64,000 bases of DNA from Chiloscyllium plagiosum. Taxonomy: Eukaryota. Below the pieces are notes generated by a model. The model was given only the letters and a program-made list of their open reading frames with translations, was not told where the DNA came from and did not search any database. A program made the translations under genes and the position numbers. The stretch spans positions 18,421,615-18,485,614 of the forward strand of contig NC_057720.1 of assembly GCF_004010195.1 (NCBI RefSeq), written 5' to 3'. Of the stretch, positions 1-12,218 are shown piece after piece (positions within the stretch are counted from its first letter, which is position 1; the number at the start of each line of letters is the position of its first letter).

Positions 1-2269
1 GGGTTTAAATGTGAGCCCAGTTTTGAACTAAAGTAATAGGATGATTAAATTACTACTTTACTGGGTAGTATCGGTCAGCTGAAGTTCACTTACCTATTAG
101 AAAACCAGCCTGTTTTTTTTTCGAAAATGAGATTTAGTTCCAAATCAAAGACCGTCTCTGTAAGGCTGCTACACAGCCCTCCCAATTGAAAATAGGAATC
201 AATGATCTGTTTAATGCCATTATAAATATATATTTCATGAGCTATAATGCTGATCAGACTTAGAATTTCACCAGTGATGCATCTACCTACATTTTTGTGC
301 ACATCATTCAAAAATCAACATGTGCATTTTTGTTGAAAATAAAGCAGCAAAAAGCATTGGTTGAAAATAATCTAACAAATGGGGCTAAAATATCAAAACT
401 TCAATTCTTTACGAAGACAACTTCAACTTTTTACTTGATCTTTTCATCCACTTTTTTGCATTTTGACCACTACCCAAGGCTGACAATTGAAAATGATGTT
501 CCAAAGATTTATCTTGTTCCTTCTTCTTTACTTGCTTTTGCTGCCTCAAAGGGTTGCACTCATTGTTTTCCAAATCAAGCGCTTATTCTACCATCAGCTT
601 ATGCACTGGATGTTGATAGATACATCAAGTGTATGTGTAAGGAGATTGCAAACATCTTTGGAATAAAGAAAGTGAAGGAAGTGGACAGATGTGAAGATAC
701 ACAGCAAAAAAAAAAGTATACAGGTATACTGCAGTAGTAACTTTATACTGACAATCAACAGGTAAATTACACATTTCTCACATCACTGTAACAAAACACA
801 AGACAACATGTGACCTGCAGAGAAATAGCTATGAAATAAGTGACCAGGAGCATTAGTTGAAGGATTACTAATCGCCATTCCACTAACAAAACTATACTGC
901 TCTTCTTTAAATATGAAAAAGGTCAAAACATTTATCATGTCCATTTGACAGAGACCACCTGGAGTTAAATGTCTCATCCTAACATTTCCAGCACCTTCCA
1001 ATTGAAGATGGCAAGACAGGTTAAGACAGTCACTAATAAAGCACGCTATCCAGAGCTTTATCAGTAAGAGTACAGAGTAGAAAAGCAAGGAAGCTAAAAT
1101 TGCACAGAATAATGGTCTTTTAAAGCGGAAGAGAAACAAGAGTGTGGATTATGGCCCAAGTTCTGAAACCAAGCTTGAACCCACAACCTTCTCACCCAGG
1201 ATTCATTGTAACATGGTTGACAGGATCATCAATTGCACAAGATAACTGCTCATTGTGCAATGCTAAGCAAGATCACATCAGGTTGAATAGCATTGAGTTA
1301 ATCTCTCTTGCGGATCCAAAAAGACACCTGAAAACTTCAACAATTTTAAAAAAGTTCAGTTAACGGATTTAAATAAAAAGAACCACGTGAACTAAATTCC
1401 TTATTTCAAAGCTTTATTTCTTTTCTTGACTTTATCATAAACTTTCCATGAGCTCCCTCTATGAGGAGATTTAAATAGCTTGCAGCTGATGGCATAATTA
1501 AAATCCCTCAAGTCATTTAAAAACAATCAATCATTCTCAACCATTCAATAAAATGTTGCTCAAGACCAGAGAGAAAATAAAAAGGGACTAGCCTTTCGGT
1601 TATGAAGTTGACTGTGACAGGAAACAAAGCAGTGATGAACGAACAAAAACTGCAGATGCTGGAAATCAGGAACAAAAACAGAAAATGCTGGAAAGACTCA
1701 GGAGATCTGGTAGCATCTGAAGAGAATAGATTAGTCTTTATTGTCACATATACTCAATGAGTACTGTTTATACGTTGCCTATTACAGCGCTAACGCAGAT
1801 ACAAAAGTACCGCTTTTGTTAAAAGATTTGTTAGAGAAATAAAACGTCAAGCATTACAGAAAACAGTACAGTATACATGCTGGCACTTAGCTTCCAGTCT
1901 GTACCAAGCTCCGACTCCACACTATGTCAGCTGGCCCGTACGGGAGCAGGCCACTGCAGGAGGCCAGAAGGCCGCCATGCCAGGCCAGGAGGCACCTACA
2001 GGCGGCCGCCACGCCAGGCCGGGAGGCTACCACACCATGCTAGGCCAGGGCGCTCCTACGGGAAGAGGCTGGGAGAAAGCAGAGTTAGTGATTTCGCCCC
2101 AGTGACCCTTCTTCACAAATGATTGCAGCTGGGAAGAATTTGGCATTTCTGCTGTGTCTGGGAGAATGAATAGCTGCTCATGAAGACAATTCATGGCTGA
2201 CAATGGGTTGACGAATGAACAGTTGTCTTTAGACTGGATGATGAATTATAGTGAAAATCCCTAGATTGG

Positions 2270-4377
2270 GCGACCTCTACTCTTTCCCATTTACATTCAT
2301 GACCTAGGCCATTGTGTACAAGGGCACAGTTTCAGAATTTAACATTAAAACAATATAATGGAAACAACAGAATGATGAGTAGAACCATGGAGGGTGCATT
2401 AACAGGTTGTTACTTGATGTTAAGAAGAGTGCAGACAGTCAATACAAAAGAGAGGGCACAATCTTAAAAGGGGATGCAGAAGCAGAGGGACCAAATTGTA
2501 CTTATGTATAAATTATTGAAGATGGCAAGCCAAGTTAAGAGAGTCATTAAGAAAGAATGCATCATCCTGGGCCTTATCAATAGGACTATAGAGTACTAAA
2601 GCTAAGAAGTTACATTAAAATTGTATAAAATTTTGGTTCTGCCTCATCTGAAGTATTTTATCCAGTTCGAAGTATTACACCTTGGGAAGGATATCAACAG
2701 GCAGGCTTTAGAAAACACAGTTTCAAGAATGAAATTCCTTATCCCTGGTAATAACAAGAGAGACTGGAGAGGCTGGGACTGTTTTCCATGGAAAAGGCTG
2801 AGAGAAGATTTGATAGAGGTATTCAAAATGGGAGAGGGGTGTGGAGGAAAAAAAAAAGAAGAGGTATCTGAACACAAATAGATAAGGAGAAACATCAGGC
2901 GAATGGATTGAGAAGCAGAGGGCATATACTTAAGGTAAATGGCAAAGTAGGAGGGAAAAAAAGACTTTAGCGCAGAGAGCGATTAGGATCTGAATGCATT
3001 GCATGTGGGGGAAGTCAGGGTCAAATCTTCAAGGCAGAATTAGTTCATTAGCTGGGAAAAAAAAACAACTTTGCAGGGCCATGGGAAAAAAAAATGATAT
3101 GGAGGTGCCGGTTGGACTGGGGTGGACAAAGTTGAAAAATCACATGATACCAGGTTAAAATATAAACTTTTTAAGTTCATCTGTGGGACTTGGGTGTCAC
3201 TGGCTGGCCAGCATTGATAGTCCATCCCTATTTGCCCTTGAGAAAGTGGTGGCGAGCTGCCTTCATGAACCACTGCAGTCCACTTGCTGTGGGTTGACCC
3301 ACAAATGCTGGTAAGGAGGGAATTCAAGGACTTTGACCCAACAACTGTGAAGGAACAGCAGCATTTCCCTCGTCAAGGCGGTGAGTGGCTTGCAGGTGGT
3401 GGCGTTCCTAAGTACCTGCTGCCCTTGTCCTTCCAGATGGAAGTGATCATGGGTTTAGAAGGTGCTGTCCAAGGATCTTTGGTGAATTTCTGCAGTGCAT
3501 CCTGTAGGTAGTACACACTGCTGCTACTAAGCACTGATGGTGAAGGGATTGAATGTTTGTAGATGTGGTGCCGATCACGATGGTGTCAAAGCTTAGAGTG
3601 TTGTTGGAGCTGCACCCATCCAGGCAAGTGAGAAGTATTCTATCACACTCCTGACTCGAGCCTTGTAAATGGTGGACAGGCTTTTGGGAGTCAGGAGGAG
3701 ACTTACTCTCTGCAATCTCGGATCTGCTTTTATAGCCAGTGTTTACATAGTGAGTCCAGTTGAGTTTCTGGTAAATGGTAACCCCCAAGGATGTTCAGTG
3801 TGGGATTCAGTGATGGTAATACCATTGAATATCAAGGGCAGTGGTTAGAGTGCCTCTTATTGGTGGTGGTCATTGTCTGGCATTTGTGTAGCGTGAATGT
3901 TACTTGTCACTTGTTGGCCCAAGCCAGGATATTGTCCAGATCTTGTTGCATTTCAGCACAGACTGCTTCAGTATCTGAGTCATCACGAATGGTGCTGAAC
4001 ACTGTGCAATCATCGGTGCATATCCCCAGTTATGACCTGATGACAGAGCGAAGGTCATTAATGAAGCAGTTGAAGACTGTTGGGCCAAGGACACTACCCT
4101 GAGGGACCTCTGCAGAGGTATCCTGCAGCTAAAATGACTGACCCTCCATAACCATCTTCCTTTGGGCCAGGTATGACTAACCAGTGGAGTGTTTGCCCCC
4201 TGAAACCAATCGATTCCAGCGACCTGGACTATAATCTGGTGGTGTGGGATTTTCAACCATGGGAAAAGAGGCATAGGAGTGGCACCAGGTGAACTGCTCT
4301 TTCCACATGCCAGCACCGATTCAAAAGGGCAAAATGGGCACCTTCTGCATTATTAACATTCTCTGATTCGATGATTA
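2270..4377 (+). mobile_element. Old degraded CR1 LINE 3' region, split by nested insertions at 3090-4256
   Basis: ORF 2621-2881 (YKILVLPHLKYFIQF...LREDLIEVFK) is a degenerate CR1 ORF2 C-terminus. The CR1-type 3' tail resumes at 4257-4377. Confidence 0.7.
3175..4200 (-). mobile_element. L2/CR1-clade LINE 3' fragment (RT C-terminus and 3' UTR)
   Basis: The minus strand encodes a QGSVLGP..F..FINDL RT motif near 4100-4050. ORF 3447-3788 (LGVTIYQKLNW..HV) is typical ORF2. The same 3' UTR recurs at about 23640-23920. Confidence 0.75.
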
Positions 4378-5879
4378 TCAAAACCATTGTCAGAATCTGT
4401 ACAGCATTTGGGAAAATTTACATGGGCATTTTATTCATTATTAAATACTGCACTGAATGACATATGTCCCAGTCACACAAAAATGAAACTGCAGAACATT
4501 CTTGGGGTTCAAAATGACAAACTATTCAAGTGAAGTTGAAGCAAAACATCTGTTACAGATTTTGGAGTGAAGATCCTGTTATCTGGTGAGTTCTATTTTT
4601 AAAATCATATTGACTTGCCAATCGAAGTAGTTACACTTACATCTATTATGAAAAGTAAACCAGCACACTCCAGCAGGAAGCACTGAATGTGAGAAGGACA
4701 CTGAAACTTTTGAATACATAGCATTTAGAGGAAAAAACAATTTCCTGAGAGAGAGTTCTAATCTGAACACCAAGGACAATGAAAAATGTCAGAATATATG
4801 TATTCATCCTCACATCTTATACCACTCAGATTTGCATATTTGTCCCCTGAACTAACACTACAAGAACCATATTCTTGAAGAAGAATTTAATTATTGCAAC
4901 TTCATTTTAAGTTTTTAAAAATGCTGTGTTCTTCAACATTTTATTGTAAAGAGTGATTCTTTGGATCAATTTGTTGCCCAGCCTTAAGTGACCTTGGTAT
5001 GGTGGTGACAGTGATCTGTCTTTTTGAACTGCTACTGTGGTACAGGTACACCCACAGTGCGGTTAGGTAGGGAGTTACTGGGTTTGAAGCAGCAACAGTG
5101 AAGGAATGGAAATGTAGTGTCAAGTCAGGATGGGGTGTAGATTGGGGGGAGTGAGGGGCAACATTTAGACATTGTCAGGCCTCTGGTCTTAGTCCAGATT
5201 TGCTGAGCTTATGCTGCAATTTCTGTTTTGGTATCAGTGAACAGAACATTGTTTACAGCTTTTAGACATCTTTTTGTTGGTATGGTTCTTGTTGATTTTG
5301 TTCGAGAATTCAAGAGTACGTGGTGATCCCTTGTTTAGAAGGTCTAATTGTGAATGACTAGAATAGTTATCTGCATAAATGTTACAATTAATGAAAACTA
5401 AATTCTGAACCAGGCTTTGTCATTATTTTAAAAAAAGAACATCTACTAGGACAAAATGATTCCTATTCAAGTGCATCCAGTTCCACTATTCAACCTTCAC
5501 GAATGACCTTTTAGCAAATCCTTTTCAGTCACATTCTAACCAGAAGATTTACTACATTCCACAGCATTGTTAAAAAGGAACAAAGAACAATACAGCACAG
5601 GAACAGGCCCTTTGGCCCACTAAGACTGCACCGACACATACTGCCTGTCGAAACTAAAACCTTTTGCCTCTATGCTGTGCGGATCACTCTATTCCCTGCC
5701 GACTCACAGACCTACCAGATGCCTCTTAAACTGTTGCTATTGTATCCGCCTCCACCACCAGCACGGGTAGCACATTCCAGGCACTTACCACTTTCTGTAT
5801 AAAAATCCCACCTGTCATGTTTCCTTTAAACTTACCCTTTCCCCAAACAGCAACATCCTCTAGCAACTGACATTTCTGC

Positions 5880-6552
5880 CCACACCTCCTCCCTCACCTC
5901 TATCCAAGGCCCTAAAGGAGCCTTCCACATCCAAAGTTTTACTTGCACATCCACTAATATCATTTATTGTATCCGTTGCTCCCGATGCGGTCTCCTCTAC
6001 ATTGGGGAGACTGGGCGCCTCCTAGCAGAGCGCTTTAGGGAACATCTCCGGGACACCCGCACCAATCAACCACAATGCCCCGTGGCCCAACATTTCAACT
6101 CCCCCTCCCACTCTGGCGAGGACATGGAGGACCTGGGCCTCCTCCACCGCCGCTCCCTCACCACCAGACGCCTGGAGGAAGAACGCCTCATCTTCCGCCT
6201 CAGAACCCTTCAACCCCTTCCCCCACCTCACCCTAGTTCCAAACTTCCAGCTCAGCACTGTCCCCATAACTTGTCCTACCTGCCTATCTCCTTTTCCACC
6301 TATCCACTCCACCCTCTCCTCCCTGACCTATCACCTTTATCCCCTCCCCCACTCACCTATTGTACTCTATGCTACTTTCTCCCCACCCCCACCAGCTTAT
6401 CTCTCCACGCTCACTGCCTTTATTCCTGAAGAAAGGCTTTTGCCCGAAACGTCGATTTCGCTGCTCCTTGGCTGCTGCCTGAACTGCTGTGCTCTTCCAA
6501 TACCACTAATCCAGAATCTGGTTTCCAGCATCTGCAGTCATTGTTTTTACCA
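5880..6552 (+). mobile_element. Penelope-like element (PLE): GIY-YIG endonuclease C-terminus plus terminal repeat
   Basis: Translates as FTCTSTNIIYCIRCSRCGLLYIGETGRLLAERFREH...VAQHFNSPSHS...EEERLIFRL, the PLE GIY-YIG signature with a CxxC insert. It is followed by a multi-copy tail. Confidence 0.9.
6422..6457 (+). ncRNA. Minimal hammerhead ribozyme motif in PLE tail
   Basis: attc-CTGAAGA-a-aggc tttt gccc-GAAA-cGTC-gatt. Contains the conserved core, stem II, palindromic ACGT stem III and a GUC cleavage triplet. Confidence 0.7.
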
Positions 6553-6569
6553 CCTGAATGCTTCTCAGT

Positions 6570-7720
6570 GCAGCTTGATGAATCTGTTGACATGACTATG
6601 CAGCCCTGCTGTGTTTTTGCTTTTTTTTAATTTTCCTTTTTGCGCATGGCGTTTAAGGACATTAACAACAATTAAAGTGGGTTTTCTCATCTTTTCTCTC
6701 GATAACGAACGAGATGTGAGAATATTTACAATGAAATCAAGAGATATGTGCTTGAGAAAAAACTAAGTCAAGAAACTGGTTGTGCACCACCCCACATTTA
6801 GTGCAAATCTGGGCTTTTGCAAGTATGTTCCTGATTTCCCTTCTCTGACAATAGTCCACCAGCAAGTATCAGCAAATGAAGTTATGGAATCTCTACTGTA
6901 TTGAAATTTCTCGTTAGGAATGTAAGCTCAATTCAAGCAAGAACCTTACTTGTTTAAATCTTTACTTGACAAACTTAATGCTACCTACGGTAAACTAATC
7001 CTTTGTGCTGATATGAAGTCAAGTCAAGGGAAAGTTCTGCGGAGATTTTTAAATCTTATTCCTGAAATTATCATTTTTATTGAATCAAGGAATGAAGTAT
7101 GCAGTGAACTATTCGGCAAAACATGGTTGCTCAACTTTGTAAGAGATCCATTGTCAAACATTAACAGTAAAATGCAGGGAAAGGATGAATTTAACATGTC
7201 TGATCAGTGCTGCGAATGTGTTCAAATTGAAATTGAAGTAGTCGTCTCATTCAAAACCAAAATGCTCCAACACTTGATGTCTGGGAAAAAATTATAAGAA
7301 GAATCAAAGACCAAGATGCTCCCACCCAGAATCCTGAGGAAGCTGACTGAGGAATTCAGCAGGAAATTTCAGAAATTAAATCTGATAGAACAAATCATTG
7401 TGTTTGTCTAAAATCAAATTCTTACAATAGGTATTGGTGGGTTGACTATCAAATTCTATCAGGTGTTTGATTTACAAATTAATGGAGTTGATGATGGTAA
7501 TAATCTTTCGGCAAAATCATATTGAACTGAAATTACAGCTGTGGAACAGTGATTTTGGGAATACAAACAGGAAAAGTAGCTGCTTCTATCATCCTGTGCT
7601 TTTTATTCCTGATGAAGGGCTTTTGGCTGAAACGTCGATTTCGCTGCTCCTTGGATGCTCCCTGAACTGCTGAGAAGCATTCAGCCTTTCAGGTCCTACT
7701 ATACTTGCTGAAGGCCATCT
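6570..7720 (+). mobile_element. hAT (Charlie/SPIN/GTF2IRD2-like) transposase relic
   Basis: ORF 6950-7297 (FKSLLDKLNATYGKLIL..SSQGKVLRRFLNLIPEIIIFIES..WL..F..LSNINSKMQGKD) resembles the YGDLL..RWLSRGKVL.RF..LN.LN.KLQGK block of these transposases. Boundaries are approximate. Confidence 0.7.
7605..7640 (+). ncRNA. Minimal hammerhead ribozyme motif (short PLE tail insertion)
   Basis: attc-CTGATGA-a-gggc tttt ggct-GAAA-cGTC-gatt. The core is intact and stem II is partly mutated. Confidence 0.7.
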
Positions 7721-8561
7721 TTGGACAGAGATCCTATTTTTGTTATTGTGGAAGCATCAAGTCACAAACGTTCCATTGCTATTATTCTTTCTTTGTTCTA
7801 AAAATCTTCAAATCAAACAGTGGCTACAGTCATTGATTCTTTAACTACTTGACCATCTGAGTGATTTCTTGTTCTTTTCCAGAGATGGCAAATTCAAAAA
7901 TGATACTCATGTGCAGGCCTTACTTTTTTTGCTAGTGTGAATAAAAAACTGCTTTCAAAATATCTTTCAGCTTCTCAAAACTTTTCTGCAAAGCATGCCA
8001 ACAAATCAGTTGCATGTTAAAGGAAAAACAAATCACTGAATATACTATTTATTGTTGAGTGGTGTCATTACAAATTCCCCTTATCAATACTCTTGTGACA
8101 AACAAGGCAAATATTTTTATAATTGTGAACAGAAATTAATTTCCCCATTTTGTGTGGAAGTAATATTTTTTCAGTTTCTTACACGAGATCCAGATTCACC
8201 ACTCATTAATCGCGAGTCAGGGATGTATTTTAAAAAAAAATGTAAAATACAAAAATGAGCAACTAGGTACAACTGTGAACGTACATTCAGTTAGAGATGT
8301 GCACTGTACATGGTAAGGCACCAAATGGAATGTTTTCTTTTTTAAAAACAATTTTAACCATCAGTTGAACTCAAACTTAAATTCTGCACTTGCAACCATC
8401 AGGAGTTTAAAATGTGGGCCTGGAAGCAGTTTCACCCTGTACTCGTTTCATCTTATAGTATGGGATGTCATTTTGCTACTGGTGAGGCTGCAAGTAGGCC
8501 TGTAAATCCATGCCGCTGGAAAATCCAGGATGTTGTTAGCTTCTTTCAAGCGGGATGGGGA

Positions 8562-9078
8562 TGGTCTTGTGATATTATTGCTAGAATATTAATGCAGAAA
8601 TCCAGGTAACGTTCTGGGAACCCAGGTTCAAATCATCCTACAGCAGATGGTGGAATCTGAATTCAATTTTAAAAAAAAGCTGGAATTAAGAGTTAAATAA
8701 CGACCACAAAACTGTTGTTGATTTGTCAGGGGAAAGAAGTCCCACCCAGTTCACTGTCTTTAAAGGAAAGAAGCTTAACATTCTTCTTGGAGAAAGGTGA
8801 GGACTGCAGGTGCTGGAGATCAGAGCTGAAAATGTGTTGCTGGAAAAGCACAGGTCAGGCAGCATCCAAGGAACAGGAGAAGGGCTCATGCTCGAAACGT
8901 CGATTCTCCTGCTCCTTGGATGCTGCCTGACCTGCTGCGCTTTTCCAGCAACACATTTCAAGCTTAACATCCTTATCTGGTCTGGCTGACATGACTCGAG
9001 ATTCACTGTAACGTGGTTGACTCTCAGCTGCCCTTTGGGCAATTAGGGACGGGTAATAAATGCTCATACCTTGTGAAC
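8562..9078 (+). mobile_element. tRNA-headed Deu-type SINE (SacSINE1-like), interrupted by a PLE tail
   Basis: B-box-like GGTTCAAATC at the head. The 3' tail gggcaattagggacgggtaataaatgct is shared with the LINE at 3175-4200. Confidence 0.55.
8786..8959. mobile_element. Inverted pair of PLE terminal-repeat tails with 15-bp target-site duplication
   Basis: Arms at about 8825-8881 and 8904-8960 are reverse complements. AAGCTTAACAT(T/C)CTT occurs at 8771-8785 and 8960-8974. Confidence 0.8.
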
Positions 9079-10585
9079 AAATTGGAATTAAGTGTGGAGG
9101 CAGAGGAAGTTACTTCTGTGGTTGCCAAGTTTTTCCATGGCACCAGATTGGCTTCTGTTGATCAGGTACTATACACTGGGCATGGCAGCATCCCCTTGAA
9201 CATTTTTTCATCCTGTGCAAAACTCATGAGATCCCTGTGCGCTGGGGTTTTCTGGAAGTAGAAATCATGATGCTTGATGTGTGTACACAACTTCAAGGGA
9301 AACACAAGTGGTGTATTACTTCCTCAAAGTATTTTACAACTATTACTTCCTTGGAAGTACTATTGGAGCTTTGCAAATATACAAAGCATACAGCAAGGAT
9401 AAAGCAATAAATAATCTGTTGATTAACACTGTAACCAAAACCTAATTAAAAACAATTGATCAGTTAGTGAAGCATGCATCATTCCCTGACAATATCACTC
9501 TCTCAACCATCTGATGGAATCCCACTTGCCTGACAAACCCAATTTGAATTGTGGCTGTAGATTGCTACAGGATCACTTATTTTCACTTGCTCTCAGTAAC
9601 CAACTGCCTATTATTTAATTTCCAGAGCACTCAGGTCTCTTGGGCTGAATAGTAAATTGTCAAACTTATTGTACTCCAATTCACTTCTTTTCAGTCTACA
9701 GAGATTCACAGCATACAATAGAATTTGCTAAAAATGTGTCACATAACGTACATGTCCTAAACGGAAGAATGTATCGTAATACAAGTCAAGGCACTGCATG
9801 TTCTCCGAGAAACATGGCAAGGATTGTACATGAACTTGAATGGTGCTATTTAAAACTTATGGGCATATAATTCAATCAACAAAATGATCCTTTATCCTGA
9901 AGGGAATTTTATTGTAGTTTAAACCAGATGTCTGAGAGAAGGCTCAACTTAATATAGATATTTACAAATCTATATTACCAGGATCAACTAGAAATTGTCA
10001 CAATAGTTCTCAAAAAGCTGCATTTATTAAAATCAGCTGAAGTTACTATAAAACATGTATGCTGTTCATCTGTAAAAAAGTTTCAGAATCAGATTATTAC
10101 TGTTCAGAAGACCATCTGTCCATCATTTTGCATGGTGGATTTTGACTTAATACAAAACTCCTGCCTTCTTTCATAATCCTGCACGAGATGATTACTTAAA
10201 TTGACACAATGTCCTCTTGAATGCTTCAATAAAAACAAACTTTCTTCCGCCACGATTCCAGGTAGTGCATTGCAAACCTGAACCATGTGGTGTCAAAGTT
10301 CTCACATTTGCTTTTTTTTGCCAAAGATTTTAAAAGTGTGTCTGTAGAACATAGACCCTCTGATTTTTTATTCTATTTTGAGCAGGAACAGTTTCTTTAA
10401 TCCATTGTGTTCAGACCTGTATCGATTTTGAAATCTTCTATTTAAAAAACCCTCCCTTCAGCTCTCTTCTCCCAAGGAAAACATTCTCAGCCTTCCAAGC
10501 TATTGTCACAAGTGAAGTTCATCATCCCTAGAACCATTTTTGAATCTCATCTGCATTCAGATCCTTCCCAAAGTATGATATATAT

Positions 10586-10870
10586 GGGGCATGGTGGTTC
10601 AGTAATTAGCACTGCTGTCTCACAGCACCAGGGACCTGGGTTCGATTCCATCCTCTGATAACTAAGCTCCTGGGGAATACCCGAACAGTTTCCTCCCATA
10701 GTCCAAAGATGTGCAGGCTAGGTGGATTAGCCTTGGGAAGTGCAGGATTACAAAGACAAGTTAAGGGGAGGGGAGAGGAAGTGATGGGTGACTGACTCTG
10801 GGTAGGATGCTCTAGGGGTGGACTCAAATGGGATGAATGGCCTATTTCAATACTCTAGGGATTTTATGAT
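10586..10870 (+). mobile_element. HE1-like V-SINE
   Basis: tRNA-like head (tggttcagtaattagcact...GGTTCGATTCC), V-domain tcctcccatagtccaaagatgtgcagg, and a CR1-like 3' tail. Confidence 0.8.
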
Positions 10871-11365
10871 ACAATAAACTTGATCTGATATATAGTTAAA
10901 TATACTCCTTATTGCAGCGCTTAGTCATTTACACTAACTTCCTCTTTCCAAGGAGCATCAGCATTGTACAAATGATTTCTGGTACTGTGTGCTGGTGCAT
11001 ACCATTCAGGAATGATATGGGTGAAAAAGACTTACTTACCCTGTCACAAATACCTGACCAAAATTGAAATTCTCCCAGATGCTGTCTATATCAATCGTGA
11101 GGACAGAAACAAAATAAAAGAGAAAGGACACTGACTAGAGAACAAAATAACTCAGCGTGCAGAAGACACCCCAAAAATCACTTCACAGCCCAGTTATTTT
11201 TAAGATATAGCTATTGCTAGGCAAGTAAAATGGAATGGAAAGTAGAAGTCTCAATTAGAAACTGGGTTCATTGATAATTAATAACCAGGTCAGAGCAAAT
11301 AAAGTAGAGCAAAAACAAAATGCTAGAGAAATTCTGCACGTCTGGCAGCATTTGCAGGGAAAGCA

Positions 11366-11400
11366 GAGTCAACCTTTTGGGTCCAGTGACCCTTCTTCAG
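11366..11400 (-). ncRNA. Degenerate hammerhead motif, second family
   Basis: Minus strand reads CTGAAGA-a-GGGTC actg GACCC-aaaa-ggtt-gactc. The 5-bp stem II is perfect and the GAAA core is mutated. Confidence 0.5.
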
Positions 11401-12218
11401 CATCTCCAATCTGTTTTTCATTTCAGCTGCTCTTTGAGTTTTGTTACATGTAAGATATGATTGCAATTAAGTCCAGTTTATAATCATGCACATCAGCTAA
11501 GTATCATTCTTTTTCAGATAGCAAGTATAAACTTTATATTATTGAAGTACCCTAATCTATCCTTTAGGCAATAAATGCTGGCCTAGCAAGTGATGTTCAC
11601 ATGCTGTGAACAAATTAAAAAATACAAATTTATTGCAGTCTGTTATTTTCAGATTTGTCCTTGTTACTACAAAATCAAATCCATAGAAAAGGCAACAGTA
11701 CTACTGATTAATATTGATATTTTACAGGTTCTAGTTAAAAGCTCTAGTACAAAAAATAATTCTAAGACAGTGGTCTCAATTTAAATAAAATACTGAAGAC
11801 TTGAATACAAATATTTGACCAGTACTAAATGATCCAGTGCATTAGGAACAAAGACTATTTAGCCCCAAAAGCCTATTCCAATATTCACTTAAATGATGGC
11901 TAGTTAATGATTGACTCCACGTACGCTGAACTCAATATCTCTCAAAACCTTTTTGTTCACACATCTCATTTGAAATTTACAACCAAATCAACTATAAACT
12001 GCTATTTGAAGAGTTTCTACCACTACACAGGTAGCTAGAAATATTTTCCAACTCCGCTGCTCTAAATTTTATCCTACTTCCCAATGTCAAGAGTTGCTTT
12101 CTATCTATTCCTTCACTTCCCACAATGTCTTCCTAAGACAAGTTGAAAAATTGAGATGGTTATTTGCACATAAACAAATTGATGCATTTTTAAGTTTTAC
12201 ATGCATATGCTTAACGTC

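Noticed and set aside
90..1363. ORFs of 73-146 aa (297-737, 783-1139, 1142-1363 with CxxC..H)
   Set aside because: No recognisable domain or splice context. Possibly an ancient transposon remnant, but this cannot be supported by eye.
9090..9260. Faint Gypsy-integrase-like words on the minus strand
   Set aside because: Too degenerate, and no LTRs were found.
10586..10650. tRNA-like A and B boxes
   Set aside because: This is a SINE head, not a complete cloverleaf tRNA gene.
11030..11100. Strong minus-strand donor AGG|GTAAGT as a candidate DIPK1A exon 2
   Set aside because: The translation does not resemble the expected transmembrane exon (ARFSY..KYLFFSWL).
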